Below the pieces are notes generated by a model that was not told where the DNA came from, searched no databases, and saw only the letters and a list, made by a program, of their open reading frames with translations. Shown here piece after piece: positions 40,651 to 62,455 of a stretch of DNA of 64,000 nucleotides (position 1 is the stretch's first letter; each line of letters begins with the position of its first letter). The stretch lies in NCBI RefSeq assembly GCF_009914755.1, contig NC_060936.1; one strand, given 5' to 3'. The DNA is from the human T2T-CHM13v2.0 reference genome, Homo sapiens. Made by a program: the position numbers and the translations under genes.

Positions 40651-41144
40651 AGAAACAATGTTATAAGAAAGACTTTCACAGATCAGATAAACCAAAATAA
40701 ACTAAAATGAACAGCAAGATCCATGTGTTATTTTAAATCCTTTTTCACACTTTCATTTTTTGACAATGTATATATTTATGTTTTCTTTTTAAATTATATA
40801 TGTATATACATTAAGTACTCAATAAATTTACCTATGATTATTTTGAATTTAGAAAGAAATGTATGTGTGTACCTATATATACAGATTTCTTTCTAAATAC
40901 AAAATAATCATTTATAAATATATTGAATATTTCGTAAATTATAGGAGTTGTGCTAAGTGATTTACATGAATTGACTCATTTAATCCTTAGTACAATGCTG
41001 TGTTTATTGTGAAAAATTTGGAAGACATAAAGCATATATAGAAAAATTTGGAAAAATAAAGCATATAAAGAAAATAAAGCATATAGAAAAATAAAGCATA
41101 TTAATCCCCAAACTTAGATAACCACTGTTGACATTTCTAGTGGA

Positions 41145-41545
41145 TGCTGTGGTATGCTGCCCAGATCCCAAGATACAGCTACCAGGAATGTTGGCTGTTG
41201 CTGGCTCATAGTTTAATTCCTCTCTAAAATTGTCTTCAGTGAGGGAAACTGCCTCACCCAATATTCCCCTCCTTGGGTCAGCTCAAATCCAACGACTGGT
41301 CAGTTGTGGAGGTACAAAGGCATCAAGTCAATTGGCACAATCTGGGATATCCCAGCTTTAGAGTGTCCCATGAGACAAGTTAAAGCCTCTGTGGCAACTG
41401 CCCTGCAATTCACCCTCCCCCTCTGCCCAATCCTGCCCCTGCTTCCCTTAACAGATGCTGTTCCTGAGCGTTCTCACCAGTAAATCACCTGCATACAAAC
41501 CTCTGCTTCAGAGTCTATTTCCTGAAAAACTCAACTGAAGTCAAC
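41145..41545 (+). mobile_element. LTR16-type ERVL solo LTR
   Basis: tgtggtatgctgcccagatcc...taaatcacctgcatacaaacctctgcttcagagtctatttcc. Confidence 0.65.
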
Positions 41546-41835
41546 ATTTTTGGAATATAAGTTCCATTTTTTTCTTTTTGCATCTGTCCATTAAAAATTT
41601 TTAAATATGTATTTATTTTGCTCTAAAACATTTGAAATTTTCTTATTATTTTATATTAAATGTTTAGTTGATAATACTTTATAGATAATTTAGCATGTAA
41701 CTATCTGCAACAGTATTTTTTTTTCTAGATGGGATCTTGCTCTGTCGCCCAGGCTGGAGTGCAGTGGCATGATCTCAGCTCACCACAACCTCCAGGTTCA
41801 AGTAATTCTCATGCCTCGGCCACATGAGTATGTGA

Positions 41836-42051
<216 letters not shown>

Positions 42052-43599
42052 TGACACTCAGTCAATCTTGTATTGTTGGATATTTTGGTATTTCCTGGTT
42101 TTTCTGTGGCCAACCCTAAAACTTAGCAGAGAAGCACCCATTCCCAAATCGCTTCTCACTAACCTACCTCTACAATATCTAGGAATATTTAGTTTTGTAG
42201 CCTCACTTACAAGTTCCAGCCATTGAGAAATAAGCTCAAGTTTTGTGAGAGTTGAGGGGGAAGTTCCAGGAAACATTTTGCCTTCCAGATAAAATGGGAC
42301 AGCCAAAGCTGGTATCATCTCTTAACTATTTCTTCTTGGTAAGGAATGAGATGTTCAGAGCTATCGTACCCCTTTTTCATCCATGAGAGAAAAGAAATTA
42401 GATACTTGGCTTTGACAAAATCACTGAACATTTAAACCAATGCCAGCAACCGCCTATCTCTGGATTTCTTGATATGATGAGTAAACTAAGTATTTTTTTA
42501 ATCTACTGTGTTTGGCAGCTTAAATGTCACTATTCCTTACATTCATAATTTGAAGTATGCAGTGATAAACATCATTGTATGTAAGTACTTGAATAGCAAC
42601 AACTTAACATAAAAGTCAGGGAATTAGGACCCTACATTTTCAGCATATTTTCTGCTTGAACTTGTGCAGCTCTGTCCCTAACCTTCTCTCCCATTTTATT
42701 TTTCTTGTGGGAACCAGAAAAATAATGCACATAAGGCTTTCTGAAATTTTCTGTTTCCATAAGCAATCTTGGATAAATAATTTTATCCAAGGATAAATCT
42801 CAACAGGCATAAGAATTTTGACAGTGAGGCAATCAGTCATTTTCCATAAATTTTTTTAGGCTTTTAAAAATCTCGTCAATATTGACAAGCCAACCTATTC
42901 AGCTTCTCCAGTTGTGTACTTCGAAAAGGCAGTAGTGGTTGGAAGAGGAAATAGACCTTTTGTAAGTCAGAACCTTATCTCTTCAAATAGGATGTTTTAG
43001 CAAATGCACCATTCCGTAGTGTTCATATCCACTTGTACAGAATCGTCAAGGTTTTTCTGGAGCAAGTTTTGTGTGAACTGAGTTGCATTCTAGACCAAGC
43101 CTTGGATTAACTCTCCATGTACTTCCTTGGAATCATTCAGGTCTCCAGGGTTGGGATGTTTTATTTCCTCAGCATAAGCATGAAGCATCAAAGAAACTGA
43201 ACTGACTACCATTTGAAGCAAAAAGGAACAATAGTGAATTGAAAAATATTTATTGCAATTGTTTGATTTCAGCGTTCTAGTGGCAGACACTTAATAATGC
43301 AAATCTGAATCTAATGAGTCCACCTCCATATCTCCCACTTACCCAGTCTTGAGGCTGCTTCTAATTCTACGGCCCCAGAAACCTTGAGTTGGCTGGTTCT
43401 GGCTCAAAGCAAAGATATGGGAATGCTTTTGGATATTGTAGAGGATCAGAATATCCAAATCTGAAGTATCCAAGACAGATGTTTTGACTCATTACCACTA
43501 GTGTCTTTGGGACAGAAGACAGCTCCAGACCTGGCCAGACTGCCAGCAGTTTGCTCCAGACTAGACTTTCATTCATGGGCAAAGATTAAAACTGGACTA

Positions 43600-44520
43600 G
43601 CACAATCAACAGAGTGAAAAGCAACCTACAGAAGGGGAGAAAATATTTGAGATTCTGTATCTGATAAGAGCTCAATAGCTAGAATATAAAAATAACTCTT
43701 GCAGCTCAACAAAAAGAGCCCTAATTTTAAAATGAGCAGAAGACTTGAATAGACTTTTATGTAAAGAAGATATACAAATGGCCAACAAGCATATGAGAAC
43801 ATAGATACTCAAGATTACTAATCATTAGGGAAATGCAAATCAAAACTACAATTAGGTACTGCCTCACATCTATTAGGCTAGTCAAAAAAAAAAAAAAAAA
43901 CAGGTGTTGGCATGGATGTGGAGAAATTGGAACCTTCATGCACTGTTGGTAGGAATGTAAAATGGTGCAGCTGTTGTGGAAAAAAATGTAGAGGTTCCTC
44001 AAAAAATTAAAAATAGAACCACCAGCAATTATACTTCTGGATAATTATCTAAAAGAATTGAAAGCAAGATCCTGAAGAGAGGTTCCTACACCCATGTTCA
44101 TAACAGCATTATTTGCAATAGCCAAGAGGTGGAAGCAGCCCAAATGTCCATCAAGGAAGGAATGAATGAAGAAAAATGTTACATACATACAGTGGAATAT
44201 TATTCAGCCTTAAAAGGGAGGAAATCCTGTTATATACTGCATGTGTGAACCTTGAGGATATTATGCTGAGTGAAATAAGCCGGTCACAAAAAGACATATA
44301 TTATGTCACTTATATGTAGTAACTAGAGTAGTCAAATTAATAGAAACAGAGTTGAATAATGGTTACCAGGGACTGGCTGGAAGGGGAAAATGGGGAGTTG
44401 TTTAATGGATGTAGAGTTTCAGTTTTACACAATGAAAAGGTTCTGGAGATCTGCTGCACAGCTGTGTGAATATGCATAACATTACTGAACTGTAGTGTTT
44501 TTTTTACCATAATAAAGTAA
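43600..44520 (+). mobile_element. L1MB-type ORF2 end / 3'UTR
   Basis: caacagagtgaaaagcaacctacagaa...gaaatgcaaatcaaaactaca...ggttctggagatctgctgcac. Confidence 0.82.
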
Positions 44521-44666
44521 TTTTTTTAATGAACTAGGCATCAAAGTTGGGTAGGCAAGGGACCGTTTATTTACCTGAATTCTGTTGCCTCCTCTCATCA
44601 ACTGTTGATCCCACCCCAGGATTTGTTGTGTGTCTTAGTGTGGTAACATCATTAAACATATCTTAA

Positions 44667-44988
<322 letters not shown>

Positions 44989-45090
44989 TCATTAAAAATA
45001 TCTTGTTTTTAAAAATATGAGCTATTTTCCTTCAGTATTTTAGTTCTTTGACATTTCATCATGTTCTTTCACATCTCATCAACACTCTAT

Positions 45091-45310
45091 CAAGGGTCAG
45101 CAAACTATAGCTCATGGGCTAAATCTGGCTTGCAGGGTTTGAGAATGGTTTTTTTATTTTTAAAGGGTTATTTTAAAAGAAGAGGAAGAAGAGGAGGAGG
45201 AAGGAAGAAAAGGAGGAAGGAGGAGAAGAAATCATATGTGGCTCACAAAATTTAAAATATTTACACTCCTGGCTCTTTGCAGGAAAAGTTTGCTAGTTTG
45301 CTGACCCCTG
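45091..45310. mobile_element. MER58-like hAT MITE
   Basis: TIRs caagggtcagcaaac ... gtttgctgacccctg. Confidence 0.7.
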
Positions 45311-47926
45311 AAAACTATATATCACATTTTGAATTTTTTGTATTCTGCTGGTGTATTAGGTGTAAGAAAAAGAACCACTCAAACTATTTTCAGCAAAAAT
45401 GAATTTAATGCAGGGTATCAGGAGCTTATAAAATCATTGGGAAGTCTAAAGGAATGGTCACTTAGCAGGCCTCCAGAAATGATTCCTAGAGCAAGTCTGC
45501 TGGATGGTCTACTGAGGAGCTGCCATCTCTGCAATAATCAGAAAGGCAGGCAGGCAGAGACCTCCAGTGGAGTGTTGAGTTCAAAGACATACTGCTGTAC
45601 CTGTGATCCAAGGATCAAGAGGCCACTGCTGCCCCTGCTACTTCCTCTAAACAGGCACAGGGGTAGGACCTAGACACTGAAATACTGCTGCAGAAATACC
45701 CAATGTGTCTACAACTAGTTTTCCAGCAGAAACAAAACATAACTGTAGCCTAGGATCCACCTTCCAAGTGTATCTAATTGGCAGAAGCATAACCCTACCT
45801 GCAGGACATGAGGGAAATGTGTCTTTTCCTTCTTTAACCTCTGTATTCAAAGAAAGCACACTAGAAGATTGGAATGGCTGAGAGCCAGAGCCAGTCCAGA
45901 GTACTCACCACAGCAGGTTTGTTGCTTTAGGCTATATTCAACTCTTCTCATCTTTGGACAACTCCTTATTCTTTCATTTGAGGAACTTTCCCTGACACTT
46001 CCTTCCCTACCTCCACCGTTAGTGGATTAGATGCCCTTTCATAACCTTCCATAGCTCTCAGCCCTAGCTCTGCAATGTGTACATCACTCCATGTCATAAT
46101 GGCCTAATTTCTTGCTGCTGCTTCCACTAGACTAGCTCTTTGCAGAAACTCAGTCTTATTCATCACTGTGTAGGTAGTTGGTGTGTATTTGTTGTGAATG
46201 ATAAATAGTTTATATATTATAACATCCAAAATAGCATTTCTTCTCTTACTTTCTTTGTTCCACATGACTGTGTACTGATACCTGTATACAGTGAAAACTC
46301 AGTAAATGTTGTTAACTGACTGGCTTCCTTTTTTGTCAGCTCAAAGAGAAGTTCCATCAATATGCTATATGTGTGTCTTTGTTTGACTCCCTGTGTACAT
46401 AGGTCAGCTGTTCACAATGGAACAGCTAATATTTGAACAGTTTCAACATGCTAGGTGATATTTGAAGCACTTTATACATACTATCTAATTAAATCCTCAC
46501 AATTATCCTATGAAGTTGATATTTTTATTCTCATTTTATAAATAAAGAAACTGGGACTTAAGTAGCTTGTCCACAGTTACACAATAAGTGACAGAACTGG
46601 GACTCACATCGAGGTCTGGCTAAGACCAAAATTTGTACTCTTAACCATGATAATGATGATGATTGTGATAATGATGACAGCTAATAGTTCCAGACTTGGT
46701 TCTAGGCATTTTACATGTATTATCTCAAGCTACACATTGCCTTGCCTGGAATTGATGCTTAATAGTTGTTACATGTGATAAGATAAACAAAGCTCTTGAT
46801 AACTGTGATGTATTTCTGGCTCTGCCACTAATTTACTTTGTGACCTCAGGTAAACTACTAACTCTGTGAGCTCCAGTTTTCTCCTCTGCAAAACAGAGAA
46901 TGATCTTTACAATACTTCTAGTCCAAAAATTCCAGAACTCTATGAATAAATTCTACTTAGTTTTTCATTCCATCATTATTACTTCTATGTGAAAAGATCT
47001 TAGCTTCTAAATTCTAAGCTCCTATAGGATCCCAATTTTGTTTTACGGTTTTCTTCCGTGGTACCTGGTCTGGTGCTCTGCACAGTACATAACAGGCTCA
47101 TGGTAAGTATGTATAAAGATATATAGATACAGATTGAAATTTGTCCAAGGGGAAATATCCATCCTCACAAGAATCTGTGCTTGTTGTCATTTAGTGTATT
47201 CCTTTGGGGGTGACATTCAAATGTAATTTAGGGCTGCCACAGAGAAATCAGCACTCAGAACCTTGAGAAACCTTTTCTCTTTCTGTAGTCACAGATAAGA
47301 GTCTTATCCTTAAAGCAGAGCTGTGATCACTGCCCAAGCAGCTACTCTTAGGGCTGAATGCAGATTTCTTTCGTGCTGAGTGCAGGTAAAAAGGTCTTGG
47401 CCTGTGGATAATGGCAGACATAGGAAGGAGTGTTCTAGAGGGTACTGGCCCCCTATCTCTCTCTCTTTTTCCACCCCACCCCCCCCATCTCTTAATAGGG
47501 AAATCAGAGAATCCCAGATCATTTCATAGCTTTCGCAGATTACACATGAAGAGTTAATGCCTGATCCCTGAGCAGCAGGAAAATCCCCAGTCGAGAGTCA
47601 GCACGGATAGGTCCACATGCTCTTGCTCCAGTTTCTTTAAGGACTTGAATACAAAAAATCGACAGAGGTGATTGTATGAAACACCTTTGTATGGAAACTG
47701 ATATTAAGAATCATTCATTGGACTGGGAAAACACTACATATTTAAAAAAAAAAAACAGAACTCGTTAACCTGTTCATATGTGCATCTGTGCATTTCTTAG
47801 TAACTGTCACCATGGTAGCAAAGCAGTTCGACAAGGGTGCCTTTTTAGCACAGTATATATAAAGGAGAAAGATGAACAGCCAATCATGTACTTACTATCT
47901 TATACCTTTCTTTGTTTCTTTATTTC

Positions 47927-48157
47927 CCTTTATTTAATTGTGTTGATCCTAAATCCATAGCTATTAGCCTCTGACACTTATCTTCCTCAAGCATCAAGTA
48001 CAGTGCTAGAAATATATTAGGCACTAAAACATGTATGGTTGTTCCTTTATTTGATTGTGTTGATCCTAAATCCATAGCTATTAGCCTCTGACACTTATCT
48101 TCCTCAAGGATCAAGTACAGTGCTAGAAATATATTAGGCACTAAAACATGTATGGTT
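47927..48157. repeat. 117-bp tandem duplication (2 copies)
   Basis: Units start at 47927 and 48044; 2 mismatches seen. Confidence 0.92.
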
Positions 48158-48186
48158 ATTGACAGAATTAAATGAATGGTATTTCT

Positions 48187-51149
<2,963 letters not shown>

Positions 51150-53199
51150 GCCTCATCTCAAATGCTGCCTCCTTCATGAAAATGTTAGTGATTGTCTCAG
51201 TAAGATTATGAGCCTTTTCTCCTTCTAACTCTCACAAAACTTTGAATCTCCTGGTCATTTATTATCAGCTACCTTATAGTTATTTTTGTGGTTAACTTGT
51301 TCTCCTTGCTGTATTCTAAGCTTCTTAAAGCTAGGCACTGGGTCTTATTAATCATTATACCGCTGAGCACCTACCTAATACTCTGTAATTTACTGTTGAA
51401 ATAATCAGTTTTGCTAGTGCTATATACCATGAGCACCATAAAATACACTAATTTTTATCCTTCTTAAAATTTAAGAGTTTTCATACATAGACATTATTTA
51501 AACTCTAGAACTGGATGGGAAATATACCTTTGTCAACATTTTCTTTCCAGTTATTTCTGCAGATTGAGCACTCATTAGGACTCTCCCTTTGTGCCTTGTG
51601 GACTTGTTTTTTTTTAGTGACATAGGCATCATTAAAATTTATGTCTTGTGCACCTCAGAGTTGATCTTTAGAGCACTTTTTGTTAAGTGTGGATCTATCA
51701 TTAAATTCTTAACTCCTCTGAACATTCATTCCTGTCATTCTTGCCTACATACTAAAAGGTGGCATTTCCCTTCATTCCCTCGTTTACATTTGAGGCAAAG
51801 GTCTGCACGGACCCTTGGGACTCTGCTTTCTGCATGTTATTAAACATTTCTTTCCATAAATGCCCTCTTTCTGACACTTAATGATAAAACCAAAGATTGT
51901 CTTCCAACTTTTTAAAAATTAGCTATCGCCACCTGGGTGGCATAAAGTGAGGGGATATGAAACACAAATTATCCTAGAATTGAGCCTGGAAGTGAATGAC
52001 TGAGAAACTTCCCTCTTGAAAGCAGAAAAACTGCTATGTGCTGTATTTCCTAAAACTTCTAGCCCTCCTGAGGAAGGTTTGTAATATCTCATTTGGGAGA
52101 ATGTGAAGTTTTCAGACAAAAGACATAAAGAGGTGGACAAAATTGGTCATTACAAAATTTGGGGTAGTTTTTGACCAGTGGCTGGGTAGCAGTTCTGGGT
52201 TTTAATCGTCCAAGTCTCCTAAAAGTACAAATGCTCCTCCAGGCAAGCCATCACTAGTTTTTATTTTAAATAAAATTCTCTCTTTTTCCCCACCCTCCTC
52301 CTCTTGCAATATAGCTATTATTCTGCCAATTTCCTCCTTGTCTCTTTGTCACTCACTCTCCGTCTGCTTTCCTGCTTTTCTAATCATATCCCTCTTTTTC
52401 CATTATTTCAATTTGTATCATAATATTTAGCCATAAAATACTTTTTCACTTTTTAAGGTAATTTCATGATTGTCTTGTTCTAATTGATCTTCTTTTTCAA
52501 AATATCTGTTTGTGACTGAAAACACCTTTTGAGCATCTACTATGAGCCAGATCCTGGGCTAGGTAAGGAGATATAGTGGTAAACATATCATACATGACCC
52601 TGCTTCATGGAGCTCATAGTCTAATGGAGGTAACGTTAATTAAATAAGAACATAAATAACTATTGTAATAACTAAAAGTGTATATATGGTAAGATCAGAA
52701 ATAGCCTCAAGGAGAAAGCTGAGTTTTGTGGATGTAAGTGCACATAAACCTGGTGAAGGTTTATGTGTTTCAGGCGCGAGATCACAGCATGAGGTCACAG
52801 CGTGTGTAATGGAGGTGTGAAGGGGCTTGGCATTTCAAGATAAAGAGAGAAGACCAATGTGGTGGGAACATTGCAAGCCAAGGGCAGAGTGATTTCAGGT
52901 GAGGTAGGTAGGGACTAGTAAATGCAGTGCCACCACAGGCCAGGTAAATATTTTGGACTTAATCCTAAGAAAAATAGAAAAGCTATTGAAAGGTGTAAAT
53001 AAGGAAAGGATATGATCAGATTTGATTATTTTAATAACAATGGGGAAATTGAAAATTCAGGGAGATGTGTACAAAAGCTATTGCTGAGCCAGGTGTTGTG
53101 GAACACAGCTGTAATCCCAGCTACTCAGGAGGCTGAGGCAGGAGGATCATGAGCCCAGAAGTTCAAGTCCAGCCTGGGCAACATGGTGAGAGCCTCATT

Positions 53200-53240
<41 letters not shown>

Positions 53241-53329
53241 AGGAAGGAAAAAGAGAAGAGAAGTGGATGGGATTTTTTTTTTCAATATAGCTCTTCAAGA
53301 ATTTATTTTTTTTTTGTGTGTGTGTCATC

Positions 53330-53386
53330 TTTTTTTTTTATACTTTAAGTTTTAGGGTACATGTGCACAATGTGCCGGTTAGTTAC
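53330..53386 (-). mobile_element. Extremely 5'-truncated young L1PA 3' end (about 50 nt)
   Basis: Poly(T) followed by atactttaagttttagggtacatgtgcacaatgtgccggttagttac. Confidence 0.85.
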
Positions 53387-53593
53387 TATGCTGTAGAAAG
53401 AACTCACAGGACTTAACAGTTCAGTCCAGGATGAGTCTGACTCTATTCTGCCTAGAGGAAATGGTGAAATGACCTTTCATGGAGCACAGGACTCTGATTC
53501 AAGACTAACTCATGATAATAAAGTATAGCATTTCATTATGGAAAGAAGCAGATGAAAGAAGGGTTAACTCCATCTTATTAAAATATAAACTCC

Positions 53594-53895
53594 AGCTGGG
53601 CTCAGTGGCTCACACCTGTAATCCCAGCACTTTGGGAGGCTGAGGAGGGCAGATCACCTGAGATCAGGAGGTCGAGACCAGCCTGGCCAACATGGGAAAA
53701 CCTCGTCCCTACTAAAAATACAAAAATTAGCCAGGTGTGGTGGTGCATGCCTGTAATTCCAGTTATTTGGGAGGCTGAGGCAGGAGAATCGATTGAACCC
53801 AGGAGTCAGAGGTTGCAGTAAGCTGAGATTGCACTACTGCACTACACTCCAGCCTGGGCAACAGAGCAAGACTCTATCTCAAAAACAAAATAAAA
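53594..53895 (+). mobile_element. AluS
   Basis: TSD aaaatataaactcca. Confidence 0.9.
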
Positions 53896-54187
53896 TATAA
53901 ACTCCACAAAGGCAGGGATTTTTATTTCTTGTTTACTACTATATCTCTAGCACCTGGAATAGTGCCCAATGCATAGTAGCCATAAAATATGTATTTGTGG
54001 AATGAATGTGTAAGATCCCAAGTGCAGTACGAAAACTAAGCAGTTGCCTTGGCGAGGACTCTGATTGTAAGAAGGAAATTTAAATTAAACTCTACCCTTA
54101 GCCCCTCATATTAGCTCTCCAAAAGGACAGTGAGATGAAGCTTTGTTTTTCAAATCTGAGACGGTTAGGAATTGAAGCTGACTAGCC

Positions 54188-54548
54188 ACTATAGACTGAA
54201 TGTTTACGTCTCCCCAAAAATCATATGTTGAAACCTGACCCCCAATGTGCTTGTATTTGGAGGTGTGGCCTTCAAGAGGTGATTCATGTGGGCACAGCCC
54301 TCAAAAGTGGGATTAGTGCCCTTATATGAGACTCCAGAGAGCTCCCTGGCCACTTCCACTATATGAAGACACAGTGAGAGGACAGCCATCTATGAACCAG
54401 GAAGCAGGCCCTCACCAGACACCAAATCTGCCAGTGCCTCGATCTTGAACTTCCCTTGCAGCTCCTCAAAACTGTGAGAAATATTTGTTTTGGATAAGCC
54501 ACCCAGTCTGTGGCATTTTGTGATAGCAGCTTGAGTGGACTAAGACAC
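54188..54548 (+). mobile_element. MaLR solo LTR (MLT1A/MST-type)
   Basis: tatagactgaatgttt...catatgttgaaacct...gtgatagcagcttgagtggactaagaca, about 360 bp. Confidence 0.8.
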
Positions 54549-54989
54549 TAACCAAATGGTCTAGAAGAAGAGAGATGGATAAAATGATTGCTTGTCTGGG
54601 AAGTGTGGCTGAGACCAAGTGAAGGTCCTTGCAACCAAGTAGCTATGCAAGAACCCAGTACTAGAAACCACAATGAGTCTGAATGTACCTGAGTTCCTGG
54701 GCTGAATTTGTGGCTGTAATTACAAACCAGCAGGTGGTGAGGAGTTCATTATTGCTTATGTCAAACATCTATAAGATAGATCCTTTCACCAGCAAGACCT
54801 GAGAACAAAGGACTTTCTGATTACAGTCAACTTCCAGCTCTCCTTAAGTGAGTCTTCCAAGCTCAAATAGCTGAATCCACTAACAGGCCTCTGAAAGGAA
54901 TCAGTTCATCTGTCATCCTGCGTGAATATATCCACAACAGAAGTTGCCAACCTACCTACCACCTGCAGGACAATTTTGGCTCACAGCCC

Positions 54990-58080
<3,091 letters not shown>

Positions 58081-58835
58081 GTCCTCAGCCTGTTTTTATA
58101 TAGCTTGAAAACTAAGAATGCTTTTTACATGTTTTAATTGTTGAAAAAAATGAAAGCAAAATATTTTATGACACATGAAAATTATCTGAAATCTAACAGT
58201 GTCTATAAAGTTTTATTGGAATACAGCCATGCCCATTCATTGTATATTTTCTATGCCTGCTTTTCTTGCTTCAGTGACAGAGTTGAGTACCTGCAACAGA
58301 GTCTGTATGGCCTGCAAAGTCTACAGTATTTACTATCTGGCCCATTATGTGAAAGGTTTACCAACCCTTTGCCTACAATATAGTTGGATGAGACTACAAA
58401 GAATCTGGAGTGGGAAGAAGAAATTGTGACTTCCCTGTGGAAATGTATAGTTTCAGGGGTTTTGTTTTGTTTTGTTTTAAATAAAAGCAGAATGCAAGCA
58501 AGCAGAACAAGGGAAGAAATCAGGATGTTAGGGGGTATAGGGAGATCATTTTCACCTGAATCACTATTAATAAGATCCTTTCAACTTTGGGCCCTCCCAG
58601 TCCTGTAAATTTCTCCTAGAGTTCTATTTATAATTTACTGCTCTGATCATATCATCTTACTCATCAGAAATGTCCAGGGATTCCCCACCACCACAGCCCT
58701 CTCAGTTAGTTAGGACCACTTAGGTCCTGCATGATATGACTTTATCTTACCTTTCCAGCCTTATTTTCCAGCACTCACCTTCAATAGGACCAGATACCCA
58801 GCCCTGAATTTCAGGATTCTGTGCTTTTGCTCAGA

Positions 58836-60855
<2,020 letters not shown>

Positions 60856-62104
60856 CTAGAACACCAAATCTGTGATTTCCCAGGTATTCTTTATGACAAG
60901 GCTAAGGTAGGTACACATATTGGGAAATTATTGAGTAATATTAGGAAAATATTGAGAAAAACATTGAGTAAATCTGTATTGAGTACTATTATACAGATGA
61001 TATGGGAAATATTTTGAAGGTTGTATTCAAATAATTTAGAAAAGAATGTAAATTCTTGACAACAGAGACCCAGTTTTATTTATTTTTCTGTACCCTAAGC
61101 ATCAAACAAACTCAGAATAGATGCTTATTGAATCAGTTTCTCTCTGGGGCAGAGAGATCTCTGAAAATCATATGAAACCTCCTAAACCTTCTGACAGATA
61201 ACTTAAAATATCTTAAAAGACATTTTCCCCACACCGAGCGCCCATGCCTGGGACAAATTATACATTTTCCCCTCTTCCTTCCTTGCCCATTTTGACAAGT
61301 TGCCCCAGCTGGGGCTTAATAGATATTAAGTAGTGCTAATAATAGTCATCCTCTGAAGGAATGAGGACTTGAGATTGCCAAGATGATCTTTTTTGCTCCA
61401 ACACACCAATCTCAGCATATTTCAGTTTGTGTGCCACTTTCGTTCTTGGATATGGTCCAACACACACACACACGTACACACACTTTCTCTCAAAACACTT
61501 TATATATTTTTTAGAGAAAATATTTCTCAATCTCCTTAAAAATCATTATTTCATTCCATCTTTTCATCATTGTTAACACTAAACCATTTGGAGTCACGTT
61601 GGCAACTGGATTTCATCTTGAGACTTGTCATTGAGGAATCATTTTGTTGTGTAGCAATCCCTATTCACAACATCAGCCAAATTATGTCATGTGGTTGCAA
61701 AACTGCTGTCCTGTCTTCCAGCTTTTCTGAGTAAATTTGACTCTTTGAGAAGCTTCGTTCTTCCTATCCTAAAATGACCTTATATGCTCTCGTATCTCAG
61801 GGGATCCTAATTGTGATGAAATCTTTCTCTTTATTTCCTTTCTTATAGCCTGTGTTTTGAGGTGGTGTTTTAGGGGTGTGGGGAGTAGGGGAACTACTGA
61901 GGTCTGAGTCACAAAAGGAGATCTGAAAAAGATATCTGAAGTTCAGTTGGGCCCTCAAAGCTTCACTCGTATTGGACTAGATATGCTTCCTGAGAGAAGT
62001 CTCTAAAAGTTCTGTAAATGACACTGACCCTTTTGTTTCCTAACTCCTACTGTTAAGGCACAGGTTCTTTACTGATCTTAAAACCCTAGGCCAGGATGGC
62101 TGTA

Positions 62105-62455
62105 ACCAGGGTGTATAACCTTATGTTTTATTGTCCAAATAAGGACACATTTTAACATTTCAATAGTTTGGGGGTACAGGTGGTTTTTGGTTACATGGAT
62201 GAGTTCCTTAGTGGTGAATTTTGAGATTTTAGTGCACCTGTCCCCCAAACAGTGTACATTGTACTCAATATGTAGTCTTTTATCCCTCCCCCCGTCCAAC
62301 CACCCCCTTACCCCATCCCCAAAGTCCATTAGATCACTCTGTATGTCTTTGTGTCCAAATGAGGACACTTTTGAAACTGAAAGTGGGTGCTGGGGGTAAA
62401 AGACATAAGCCAGGGCCCACACAGGCAAACCATGCTGTCAGGTCAGCATACCTAA
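62105..62455. mobile_element. MER94-like Blackjack MITE interrupted by an L1MA 3' fragment (-, about 62150-62350)
   Basis: TSD gtccaaat(a/g)aggacac on both sides of the L1 fragment. Confidence 0.55.

Noticed and set aside
42631-43198. Selenoprotein or mitochondrial-code (TGA=Sec/Trp) reading of the TGA-rich frame
   Set aside because: No SECIS is recognisable and there is no similarity to mtDNA proteins; CpG decay or chance is more parsimonious.
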